From a bacterium (GTDB lineage: Bacteria; JAHJDO01): 27,889 bases of DNA. A model generated the notes under the pieces. It saw only the letters and a program-made list of their open reading frames with translations, did not search any database and had not been told where the DNA came from. Below are positions 7,280 through 16,074 of the stretch, in pieces (the first letter of the stretch is position 1; each line of letters starts with the position of its first letter). The stretch is taken from the NCBI GenBank assembly GCA_043824255.1, contig JBDRTG010000042.1:1-27889 (forward strand). The letters are read 5' to 3'. A program made the translations under genes and the position numbers.

Positions 7280-8002
7280 CTAAAGTGAGAAATCTTCTCC
7301 AAAGTATGATTTGCGGGCACCTTTGTGTGATAGTATCTTTTTAGGGGTTCCTGCGGTGAGGATTTGGCCATCATGAATAATATAAGCATGATCTGTAATC
7401 TTTAATGTTTCTCTGACACTGTGATCTGTAATAAGTACACCATAGCCCTTTTTCTTTAGATCCTGGAGAATACCCTGTATATCAATTACAGCTATTGGAT
7501 CTATTCCAGTAAAGGGTTCATCAAGCAAGAGAATAGATGGTAGGGTTACTAAAGCTCTTGATATTTCTACTCTTCTTTTTTCTCCTCCTGAGAGTGTATA
7601 AGCCTTGCGATTTTTGAGATGAGTAATATTAAGCTCATTAAGTAATTCAAGTAATCTTTCTTCACGTTCATCTTTTGTTAAAGGAAGTGTTTCTAATATT
7701 GCAAAAATGTTATCTCTAACAGTGAGTTTTCTGAAGATAGAAGGCTCCTGGGATAGGTATCCTAGTCCTTTCCTTGCGCGCCCCGACATAGGACAGGATG
7801 TTATATCTTCACCACTAAAAAGAATTTTACCTCCATCTGGTTTTATAAGACCAGCAATCATGTAAAAAGTAGTTGTTTTTCCTGCACCATTTGGTCCAAG
7901 CAATCCAACAATTTCTCCACTGCAAATCTGAATACTGAGATTATTTACCACTCTCTTGTGAGAATATTCCTTAATAAGATTTTTTGTCTGTAATATCTGC
8001 AT
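7280..8002 (-). CDS. lptB: LPS export ABC transporter ATP-binding protein LptB
   Basis: GLLGPNGAGKTTTFYM, GYLSQEPSIFRKL, LSGGEKRRVEISRAL, LLDEPFTGIDP, ITDHSVRETL. Start moved to ATG 8002 (MQILQ), preceded by AGGAGG. Confidence 0.95.
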   Translation of the reverse strand: MQILQTKNLIKEYSHKRVVNNLSIQICSGEIVGLLGPNGAGKTTTFYMIAGLIKPDGGKILFSGEDITSCPMSGRARKGLGYLSQEPSIFRKLTVRDNIFAILETLPLTKDEREERLLELLNELNITHLKNRKAYTLSGGEKRRVEISRALVTLPSILLLDEPFTGIDPIAVIDIQGILQDLKKKGYGVLITDHSVRETLKITDHAYIIHDGQILTAGTPKKILSHKGARKSYFGEDFSL

Positions 8003-8519
8003 CTTCCTCCTCAGGAGATTCTGTTGTTTTTGTCTCTTTGGATTCAAGGGAGCCCTGAACGTCTTTATCTATAATCATAGTATCTTTTTTAAGATCAAAG
8101 GTAATTCTTCCTCCTGTAAAGCAGGTTCCTTTCTGCCACACTTCAGGATTATCATAGAGTATGAGAATATCTTCTTTTTTATGGAATACTGCTTTACCAG
8201 ATTTTGTCCTTCTTTCAGGAGTTGTAATTCTGACATTCCCTGTAGCAATAACTTTTTCAATATCCTCCTCTTTATTTTCGTCTTCTTCTGAAGCAACTAA
8301 AAAAACCTCCATTCTATCTGCCTCTACCCTGCCATCCTCGTCAACAAGCAATGCATTTCCTATGAAAATAGCAACATTTTTGCTCCAATTCATTTCCATT
8401 CTATCACTGGTTATTGTTGTTATTTTCTGTATTTCATTGTTTTCAGCAGCTTGAGCAGAGAATAAATATCCGAATATAATGCAAATAATGGAGATGAGGG
8501 TAAAATTTTTAATTTTCAC
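7971..8519 (-). CDS. lptA: LptA/OstA-family LPS transport periplasmic protein
   Basis: Signal peptide (AQA), ITSDRM, F.GNA, ADRM, IATGNVRI, GGRITFD; lies between lptC and lptB. Confidence 0.85.
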   Translation of the reverse strand: MKIKNFTLISIICIIFGYLFSAQAAENNEIQKITTITSDRMEMNWSKNVAIFIGNALLVDEDGRVEADRMEVFLVASEEDENKEEDIEKVIATGNVRITTPERRTKSGKAVFHKKEDILILYDNPEVWQKGTCFTGGRITFDLKKDTMIIDKDVQGSLESKETKTTESPEEEDADITDKKSY

Positions 8520-9036
8520 TTGTATCTTCTCTACTTATTTCCATTACAGGAAATTTCTTAATATACATAGTTTTAAATCCTGGATCTGCTCTTAAACCAT
8601 ACCCAGTAAGCTCTATATTTTTACGTGTTATAAAAACTTTAGCTTCTGTATTAAAAGTCTCTGTTTTTGCCATCCAGTCAATATATGCTGTTTTTATTTC
8701 GGTACCATCCACTCTTCTGCCAACAATATTTTTTTCAAGATGGATGTCTTCGGTTTTTTTATTGATATCCCCTTGTTCTCCTGTTAAGCGAATTGTTACT
8801 TTTTGTTTTTCAAAAATAGATAATTTGACATCATATAGCTTTATTACTGGATCCTCAGATAGATCAGCACTTTCTGCTTCTAAATTCCACTTTTTCTCAA
8901 TTTCATCAGTTTTAGTGAGTGAGAACTCCTGCATTTTTTCTTCTGAAAGGGCAGGTTTCAAACCTGCCCCTACACTAAACGTTATCACTAATGCTAATAT
9001 AACTAAAAATGTGCATAATTTAAATTTAGTCTGCAT
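8509..9036 (-). CDS. lptC: LptC-family LPS export protein
   Basis: N-terminal hydrophobic anchor, KKWNLEAESA, beta-jellyroll-like pattern (TGEQGDIN, IHLEKNI, LTGYGL); synteny with lptAB. Confidence 0.8.
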   Translation of the reverse strand: MQTKFKLCTFLVILALVITFSVGAGLKPALSEEKMQEFSLTKTDEIEKKWNLEAESADLSEDPVIKLYDVKLSIFEKQKVTIRLTGEQGDINKKTEDIHLEKNIVGRRVDGTEIKTAYIDWMAKTETFNTEAKVFITRKNIELTGYGLRADPGFKTMYIKKFPVMEISREDTSEN

Positions 9037-9048
9037 TTTTACTTAATT

Positions 9049-9687
9049 CTAGCGAAGTTTACTGTAATTTGGTGTAACTGCGCCCCCTGAAATTACTAAT
9101 TTCATAGCATCCTCAACACTCATAGACAGCGAAATTGTGTCCTTCTTGGACACAAACAATAAAAATCCTGAGGTTGGATTTGGTGTTGTAGGTAGGAATA
9201 CATTAATTGAATCCTTGGAAATTTCAGAACCTATTTCACCTTTTGTATCAGAAGTCACAAATCCTATAGAATAAATCCCTTTACGTGGGTATTGTAATAG
9301 AACAACACGAGTAAAAATTACTTTGCCTACAAAAGCATGACTAATTTGTTGAACTGCTCTGTATATCTTATTTATCATTGGAATTCTTGCTAAGACGCTC
9401 TCTCCAAAAAGGATTAAGCGTTTTCCAATAACATTCCTCGCAAGCATCCCGATAACGGTCAGTATTATGAAGATTGATGCCAGTATTACCAACACTGCTA
9501 TCCCTATTGTGATATATCTGAAATATACAGGATGCTCTATCCATTCAGGCGTAACAATATTTGCAAAATGCAGCACTTTTACTTTTATAATTATGAATTT
9601 GACAATTTCATAGGTTATAAGAATGGGCAGTATAACTAAAATACCTGCCATAAAATTCGCTCTTAGTTTAGCAAGTAATTTATTCAT
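9049..9687 (-). CDS. DUF502 family membrane protein
   Basis: AGILVILP..IT, RIP..NKIY..VQQI, VLLQYPRKG, VFLPTTPNPTSGFL, MSVEDAMKLVISGG. Confidence 0.93.
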   Translation of the reverse strand: MNKLLAKLRANFMAGILVILPILITYEIVKFIIIKVKVLHFANIVTPEWIEHPVYFRYITIGIAVLVILASIFIILTVIGMLARNVIGKRLILFGESVLARIPMINKIYRAVQQISHAFVGKVIFTRVVLLQYPRKGIYSIGFVTSDTKGEIGSEISKDSINVFLPTTPNPTSGFLLFVSKKDTISLSMSVEDAMKLVISGGAVTPNYSKLR

Positions 9688-10981
9688 TTTTATTTTCCTT
9701 CTTTGGTTCTAATCTGGCGATCTTTATCTTACTTATATGTCTTGGACCTGCTTCGGCAATTACTATCTTGAGATTTTTGTAGTTTACTATTTCCCCCGTT
9801 TTGGGAACTCTGCCTAATCTATTTACAATAAATCCAGCTATAGAATCATGGTCGTCTCCTTGAGGAATCTGTATATCAAGCTCTTCATTAACTGCGTCTA
9901 TATTTGTTCTACCGTCTATTAGAGTCACACCATTGCCAAGAGCTTGAAATTGGTCTTCTTCGCGATCATGTTCATCCTCTATTTCCCCGAGAATTTCCTC
10001 TATTACGTCCTCAATAGTAACAAGTCCTGCTGTACCGCCGTATTCATCTACAACGATTGCCATATGATTTTTTTTCTTCTTAAATAGCGCAAATAAGGCC
10101 TTTACCCTCTTAGTTTCAGGGACAAAATATGGAGTGCGAATTAAATCTTTTAATGCAATATTTTCTCCTTGTTTGTAACTTTCCCAACGAGTAATTAAGT
10201 CCTTAACATATAAAATTCCTATTATATTATCAATGTTTTCCTCATAGATTGGTATTCTGGAGTGATGTGTTTCTACGATTGTCTTTATTACTTCAGAAAT
10301 ACTCTCGTTGATGTCTATGGATTGGATATCAGTCCTTGGGATCATTACTTCTCTTACTATTGTGTCACTGAATTCAAATATGCTGTTGATCATTTCTTTC
10401 TCTTCTTCTTCAATTGCACCCTCTTCCTTCCCAACACTTATAAGGCTTTTAAGCTCTTCTCCTGTTAAAATACTAGGTTCTTTCTCAATCCGTCCCCCAA
10501 ACATTCTTATAATAATTTTTGTTATAAACAGTAACGCTCTTACAACCGGCATAAGGAGATTTGTGAGTATTCTAACAGGTGTTATAGCAAATAACGCAAG
10601 AGCTTCATAATTGATTTTAGCAAAATTTTTTGGTGTAATTTCTCCAAAAACCAGTATCAGAAACGTCATTACACCGACTGATATACCGACACCTGCACTC
10701 TTAGCCATACCATGTTTTGCTGCAATAGTAATTGCTATAGAAGTTGCTATTGCCGAGGCAGCTATATTGACGAAATTGTTGCAAATAGCAATAACAGTTA
10801 AAACCTTGTGAGGATTTTTCAGCCAGAATAACAGCTTTTTTGTTCTTGGATTTTTATCTACAAGATTCTTTATACGAAACTTGTTTAATTCCATAAATGC
10901 TATCTCTGTTCCGGAAAAAAATGCTGATAGAAAAAGCAGAAAAACAAGGCATATACCCTGATATATAGATTGTATGTCCAA
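9680..10981 (-). CDS. CNNM/DUF21-CBS-CorC (HlyC/CorC 'hemolysin family') transporter-associated protein
   Basis: SAFFSGTEIAF, LVFGEITPK, VREVMIPRTDI, HSRIPIY, AIVVDEYGGTAGLVTIEDVIEEILGEIEDEHD. TTG start after AGGAG. Confidence 0.93.
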   Translation of the reverse strand: MDIQSIYQGICLVFLLFLSAFFSGTEIAFMELNKFRIKNLVDKNPRTKKLLFWLKNPHKVLTVIAICNNFVNIAASAIATSIAITIAAKHGMAKSAGVGISVGVMTFLILVFGEITPKNFAKINYEALALFAITPVRILTNLLMPVVRALLFITKIIIRMFGGRIEKEPSILTGEELKSLISVGKEEGAIEEEEKEMINSIFEFSDTIVREVMIPRTDIQSIDINESISEVIKTIVETHHSRIPIYEENIDNIIGILYVKDLITRWESYKQGENIALKDLIRTPYFVPETKRVKALFALFKKKKNHMAIVVDEYGGTAGLVTIEDVIEEILGEIEDEHDREEDQFQALGNGVTLIDGRTNIDAVNEELDIQIPQGDDHDSIAGFIVNRLGRVPKTGEIVNYKNLKIVIAEAGPRHISKIKIARLEPKKENKNE

Positions 10982-10993
10982 TTAGTACTCCTT

Positions 10994-11038
10994 TTTATAT
11001 TTTAACTGATAATATTTATATTTTAACTGATAATATTT
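10994..11038. repeat. Perfect 21-bp tandem duplication
   Basis: TTTATATTTTAACTGATAATA x2 (10994-11014, 11015-11035) plus TTT; duplicates the last 6 codons and stop of the dgkA-PAP2 gene. Confidence 0.9.
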
Positions 11039-11729
11039 GAAATATCAATAAAGTTACTGTTGTGCCAAATATAGCTCCCATAATTACCTCCCACCATGTA
11101 TGAATATGTCTTTTTACTCTACTGCGTGCTATCATAGAAGCCAGCAAAAAGACAAGCGCAGCAATAATTAGTTTATTTGGTAACGTTAGAAGAGTTATGA
11201 TTGTAGCTATTGCAAATGCTAAGGCACTATGTCCGCTTGGCATTCCTCCGTGCAGAACAGTCCCTCTCTTAAAAAATATTTTTGTAATGAGAGTAGTCAT
11301 CAGAACTCCAATTAAAACAATAAATGTAATGTGATACGTTGAGCCTTTTGCCTTGTCTATGACTGATTCTGCAGGCGATTGCAGAGAATAAACAAGAAGA
11401 AGATAGCCTACAAGAACAGCATTCACGGAACATATAAAAACTACTCCAGCAACAATATTTTTAACAACACGCGCTACAGGATGATACGCTTTTGTAAACA
11501 TATCTATAAGTAATTCAATAGCAGTATTAAGCATCTCTGCAACTAAAACCAATGTTACTGTACAGCACAGGATGATAAATTCAACTCTTGTTAGCTTTAG
11601 AAACAGACTAATTAGAAACACAGCAGCAGCTATAAGAAAATGAATTCTCATATTCTTTTGTGTTTTTAGAGTATATATAAATCCATCAATAGCATTGTTA
11701 AAGCTTTCTAACAAGCTTCTCTGTTTCAT
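11016..11729 (-). CDS. dgkA: Diacylglycerol/undecaprenol kinase (DgkA family) fused to a PAP2 phosphatase domain
   Basis: N-half SF..AIDG....KTQKNMRIH, EMLNTAIELLID; C-half GGMPSGHS and SRV...IH...EV..GA PAP2 motifs. Confidence 0.85.
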   Translation of the reverse strand: MKQRSLLESFNNAIDGFIYTLKTQKNMRIHFLIAAAVFLISLFLKLTRVEFIILCCTVTLVLVAEMLNTAIELLIDMFTKAYHPVARVVKNIVAGVVFICSVNAVLVGYLLLVYSLQSPAESVIDKAKGSTYHITFIVLIGVLMTTLITKIFFKRGTVLHGGMPSGHSALAFAIATIITLLTLPNKLIIAALVFLLASMIARSRVKRHIHTWWEVIMGAIFGTTVTLLIFQILSVKI

Positions 11730-12157
11730 ATTAATTCCCTTACTAGCTGTTCCTGGCGAGTTATCATCTTTCTTGTATCATGTGTAGATGTATCTGTATA
11801 GGAAAGCAAGTGTAATGTCCCATGAACTGATAGACGTATCATTTCCTCATCAAAGGAAATATTCATGTTTTTTGCCTGTATTTCAGCTGATTCTGCAGAT
11901 ATTACAATCTCTCCAAGTATGCTGTGTATTTTAGGGAATTTCTCTTCTTCCATTGGAAATGCTAGAATATCAGTAACAGAGCATTTTCCCCTGTATGTTG
12001 TATTCAACTGTTTTATCTTAGAATCCGCCACAACGGCAACACTGACGCGGATGTTTTGAGGGTGACTTTCGCTTTTTAGAGTGTGTAAAATAGCTTTTCT
12101 AATCAAACTGTTATTTATTTTTATCTTTTTTTGAAGATTGGTTATTTCTATTTTCAT
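11726..12157 (-). CDS. ybeY: rRNA maturation endoribonuclease YbeY
   Basis: IKQLN..YRGK...TDILAFP, LGEIVIS, HGTLHLLSY. Start taken at 12157 (MKIEITN); the ORF track extends to 12184. Confidence 0.9.
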   Translation of the reverse strand: MKIEITNLQKKIKINNSLIRKAILHTLKSESHPQNIRVSVAVVADSKIKQLNTTYRGKCSVTDILAFPMEEEKFPKIHSILGEIVISAESAEIQAKNMNISFDEEMIRLSVHGTLHLLSYTDTSTHDTRKMITRQEQLVRELI

Positions 12158-14297
12158 TACTTCCATTTGTATTCGGGTATTCAATTCTTGAATGAAACAT
12201 GCTTATCAAGATATGTGTAAAGCTGTTAGCGATCTTGCTCAGATCTTTTAGTGTCAAAGTGCTCTCCTCCAGTTGATAGTCACTAAATTTGTTGTTTATA
12301 ATTTTTTCAACCATAGTCTTAATTCTGGTTGAAGTTGGGTCCTTTAATGTTCTAGAGGCAGCCTCTACAGAATCTGCAAGCATTACAACTGCCGCTTCTT
12401 TTGTCTGTGGTTTTGGGCCTGGATAGCGGAAATCTTCCTCTTTTACAGAATTATGATTGTCGTTTTCCAATGCACGCTGAAAGAAAAAAGAGGTCAGAGT
12501 TGTACCATGATGCTGTTCAATAATATCAATTATAAGTTTAGGCAAATTTGCTTCTTTTGCAGCTTTAACACCATCTTTTACATGAGAGATTAATACGAGG
12601 TTGCTCATAATTGGAGTTATTTTATTATGTATATTTTTGTTCTGAATTTGGTTTTCAATAAAGTATGAAGCCTTCTTAATTTTTCCTATGTCGTGGTAAT
12701 AAGATGCGACTTTAGTAAGTAAAGAGTTTGCCTTTATGCTGTCACTAGCAGCTTCTGCAAGAGTTCCAACAGCAAGACAGCTTTGATATGTGCCGGGCGC
12801 TTCTTCGGAAAGCTGTTTAAGTACAGGCTGATTAAGGTCGAGTAATTCAAGAAGTTTTGCGTCAGTTGGGATATTAAATGAGTGCTCCAGTATTGGCAGA
12901 AGCCCTGCAGCAATGAATGATGAGACAATGCCATTAGCAAAGCCCCATTTAATATGATCAAACATCATGCCTAAAATTACTCCCTTATGTAGATCTATGC
13001 TTATTATTGTTGCTACATTTACCAAGCCGACTATAAAACCAATTTTTATTATATCGATTCGGCGCTTGGTCTGAGTGCTGCAAAGTATGGCAGTTATTCC
13101 ACCAACCGTTGCAACAAAGAAATAATCAAACTTATAATCCGTAGCTATGCCAACAAAAATACAGAGTGCTAGATTTATTATAAAAGCTATCTCAACATTA
13201 AGTAATGTAGCCAGCATGATTGCCACTGCAGCTGTTGGGATTAAATACGGAGATAGAGAAAAAGCAAGAATGATTTTGTTAATAGCTACAAAGCCTATAG
13301 TAACTAAGCTGACAATAGCCAATGAGGTAATATTCGAAAATATGTGCTGTAAGAACTTATTAATGTATATATCCAGGATGAAGATGATTATAAGAAAGGA
13401 AAGACATACACCTGCAATCTGTTTAAGCCAGTTAATATGGGATTCCCCCAAAAAATGGTTCAGGGCATTTATATATTCTGATTGTTCCTTTGTGACTCTT
13501 TCTCCTTTTCTTATTATACTTTCTCCTTTAGATATCATTTTATATTGCAGAGGAGCATTCTTAATAGCTCGTTCTTTTTCCTTTTCTGTTTCTATGCGAT
13601 CATAAGATATGTTTGGAACAATAAGGGCTTCAATGAGTAAACTTGTTGGTTTTACTAACTTTTTATTTTCAATCTTTTCTTTAATACGGGATTGGATAAT
13701 AATATCTATATTTTCAACAGATATTATCTTATTTATGCTCACTCCCCAACCAGCCTCAGAATGTTTATCTTTTATGTAAACTTCTTTGTGCTCTCCAGTA
13801 AGTTCTTTCTGGTTTTTAATAACACCTATTGAAAGGAAGTTATCAAGAATGTCTGTTACTTTTTTCTGGAGTGTTTTGTCATAACATTCAACAAATAAAT
13901 TTGTTAGTTTAGAAGATAGTGTAATTCCTGCAATTTCTTCAGGTATTTTTATATCATGTTCTGGTGTTTTAAGCTTTGACTGATATAATTTTTCTATTTC
14001 ATCAAAAAATTGGTATAATTTTTTTCCACTGACCTGTAGTATTTTAGTGTCTATCTCATAAACAGGTTTTACCTTGCGTACAGCTTCCTGTTGGGCAATG
14101 GTCGTTTTTTCTTTATCTACAACAGGGAAATTACACGGAGAAAAAATGTCGACTTTGGCAATATCTGATTCTTTAATGTTTATTCTATGCACTTTAATAG
14201 TGGGAATTAATGAGCCTACAAGCGCAAAGTATACCACTATTCCAAGCAGCCAGCGATACAGGATCTTTTTTCTCTTAGTAATATTGGGTTTATTCAT
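12111..14297 (-). CDS. 7TM-HD phosphohydrolase (PgpH-like cyclic-di-AMP phosphodiesterase family)
   Basis: N-terminal TM, large extracytoplasmic domain (GESIIRKGERVT), multi-TM block, HD domain APGTY..., YYHDIGK, FIENQ, EQHHGT, FRYPGPKPQTKEAAVVMLADSVEAA, HSRIEYP. Confidence 0.9.
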   Translation of the reverse strand: MNKPNITKRKKILYRWLLGIVVYFALVGSLIPTIKVHRINIKESDIAKVDIFSPCNFPVVDKEKTTIAQQEAVRKVKPVYEIDTKILQVSGKKLYQFFDEIEKLYQSKLKTPEHDIKIPEEIAGITLSSKLTNLFVECYDKTLQKKVTDILDNFLSIGVIKNQKELTGEHKEVYIKDKHSEAGWGVSINKIISVENIDIIIQSRIKEKIENKKLVKPTSLLIEALIVPNISYDRIETEKEKERAIKNAPLQYKMISKGESIIRKGERVTKEQSEYINALNHFLGESHINWLKQIAGVCLSFLIIIFILDIYINKFLQHIFSNITSLAIVSLVTIGFVAINKIILAFSLSPYLIPTAAVAIMLATLLNVEIAFIINLALCIFVGIATDYKFDYFFVATVGGITAILCSTQTKRRIDIIKIGFIVGLVNVATIISIDLHKGVILGMMFDHIKWGFANGIVSSFIAAGLLPILEHSFNIPTDAKLLELLDLNQPVLKQLSEEAPGTYQSCLAVGTLAEAASDSIKANSLLTKVASYYHDIGKIKKASYFIENQIQNKNIHNKITPIMSNLVLISHVKDGVKAAKEANLPKLIIDIIEQHHGTTLTSFFFQRALENDNHNSVKEEDFRYPGPKPQTKEAAVVMLADSVEAASRTLKDPTSTRIKTMVEKIINNKFSDYQLEESTLTLKDLSKIANSFTHILISMFHSRIEYPNTNGSNENRNNQSSKKDKNK

Positions 14298-16074
14298 TGC
14301 CTTTTAATAGCCTAATGTGTAATTCCTTCAGTTGATTTTCAGCCACTTCTGATGGAGAGCCGTCCATGAGAGAAATAGCCTTTTGGGTTTTAGGAAATGC
14401 AATCACATCTCTAATTGATTTACTTCCAGTCATAAGCATTATAAGCCTATCCAATCCAGGAGCAATACCTCCGTGTAGAGGAACTCCATAATCGAACGCT
14501 TCAAGCAAATGGCCAAATCTTTTTTTTGCCTCTCCCCTATCAATTCCCAAAAGCTCAAAAACTTTCTCCTGTATCTCTCTGGAGTGAATTCTTATGCTGC
14601 CGCTACATATTTCAACACCATTTAACACCAAATCATAAGATCTGGACATTATTTTCTCAGGAGCAGTATCAAATAAAGGAATATCTTCTTCCCTTGGCGC
14701 TGTAAAGGGATGATGCTCTGACTGAAACCTTTTCTCTTCTTCATTCCATTTTAGTAAGGGATAATCTGTGACCCAAACAAATTCAAATTTGTTTTCATCT
14801 ATAAGACTCATTTTTTTCCCAAGGTAATTTCTCACATCTTTTAATGAATCAGCAACAATATCAGGAGTATCGCCAACAAAAACAAGTAGATCCCCAACTT
14901 CTGTATGCATTTTCTTTGAAAACTGATTAATCTCTTCTTCTTTAAAAAACTTAATTATAGGAGATTTCATTCCGTCTTCTGTAACCCTTATCCATGCCAT
15001 TCCCTTTGCACCACCTGTACTCGCAACTGAAGTAAGATTTTCTATTTCTTTCAACGAAATCTGGGCACCGTTTTTAATGTTTATTGCTTTTATTTGCCCG
15101 CCATTTTCAATAACTTTTTTAAACACGTTAAATGAGGTGTTTTTAAAAACGTCTCCAATGTTTACAAATTCAAGCCCGAACCGGATGTCGGGCTTGTCAG
15201 TTCCGTATATGTTCATTGAATCTTTGTATGTAAACCGTTTAAAAGGAGTTTTTATTTTTATATCCAAAACTTCGCTAAAAATACGAGACACTAGACCTTC
15301 TGTTAGTTTATAGATATCTTCTTCGTCTACAAATGACATCTCTATGTCTATTTGAGTGAATTCAGGCTGTCTGTCAGCCCGAAGATCTTCATCTCTAAAG
15401 CATTTAGCGATTTGGAAATATTTATCTATGCCTGCAACCATCAGGATCTGTTTAAATACCTGCGGAGATTGAGGTAAAGCGAAAAATTTACCGGGATTAA
15501 TGCGGCTCGGAACAAGATAATCCCTTGCCCCTTCAGGAGTGCTTTTTGTAAGTACAGGAGTCTCTATTTCTATAAAGCCCTGGTTAGATAAATAGCTTCT
15601 TGTAGCCTGACACACTTTATGTCTTATGATTATATTTTTCAACATAGAGGGGCGACGCAGGTCAAGATACCTGTATTTTAGCCTTATATCCTCTGCCGTT
15701 TCTATATCCTCTGCAATTTCAAACGGCAATGCCTTTGACTGAGAGAATATCTTTATCTCTTCTGCGAATATCTCTATTTCTCCGGTTGGAATACCAAGAT
15801 TGATTGTATCAGAAGTTCTGTTTTTTACTTCTCCGCTTACTGCAATAACCCATTCGTTTCTTATACTACCTGCTATCTTATGTGTCTCTGTGCTAACCTC
15901 AGTGTTGCATACGATTTGTACAATCCCCTCTCTATCAGCAAGATCAATGAATATCACCCCTCCATGGTCACGTAATGTCCTTGCCCACCCCATTACAACA
16001 ACCCGCTGCCCAACATCCTTTTTACTCACATGCCCGCAGAGGTGAGTCCTTTTCCACTGACTAGTTTGCGTCAT
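14290..16074 (-). CDS. aspS: Aspartate--tRNA ligase (probably non-discriminating Asp/Asn type)
   Basis: RTHLCG, RDHGG, RLKYRYLDLRR, STPEGARDYLVPSR, CFRDEDLRADRQPEFTQ, HHPFT, HGGIAPGLDR, IRDVIAFPKT. Confidence 0.98.
   Translation of the reverse strand: MTQTSQWKRTHLCGHVSKKDVGQRVVVMGWARTLRDHGGVIFIDLADREGIVQIVCNTEVSTETHKIAGSIRNEWVIAVSGEVKNRTSDTINLGIPTGEIEIFAEEIKIFSQSKALPFEIAEDIETAEDIRLKYRYLDLRRPSMLKNIIIRHKVCQATRSYLSNQGFIEIETPVLTKSTPEGARDYLVPSRINPGKFFALPQSPQVFKQILMVAGIDKYFQIAKCFRDEDLRADRQPEFTQIDIEMSFVDEEDIYKLTEGLVSRIFSEVLDIKIKTPFKRFTYKDSMNIYGTDKPDIRFGLEFVNIGDVFKNTSFNVFKKVIENGGQIKAINIKNGAQISLKEIENLTSVASTGGAKGMAWIRVTEDGMKSPIIKFFKEEEINQFSKKMHTEVGDLLVFVGDTPDIVADSLKDVRNYLGKKMSLIDENKFEFVWVTDYPLLKWNEEEKRFQSEHHPFTAPREEDIPLFDTAPEKIMSRSYDLVLNGVEICSGSIRIHSREIQEKVFELLGIDRGEAKKRFGHLLEAFDYGVPLHGGIAPGLDRLIMLMTGSKSIRDVIAFPKTQKAISLMDGSPSEVAENQLKELHIRLLKGNE

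Noticed and set aside
8003..8047. ORF-track N-terminal extension of lptB
   Set aside because: ATG at 8002 has an AGGAGG SD and matches typical LptB N-termini; the extension lies inside lptA.
9680..10981. Haemolysin or virulence factor interpretation
   Set aside because: CNNM/CorC-family proteins are Mg2+/metal homeostasis proteins; the 'hemolysin' label is historical.
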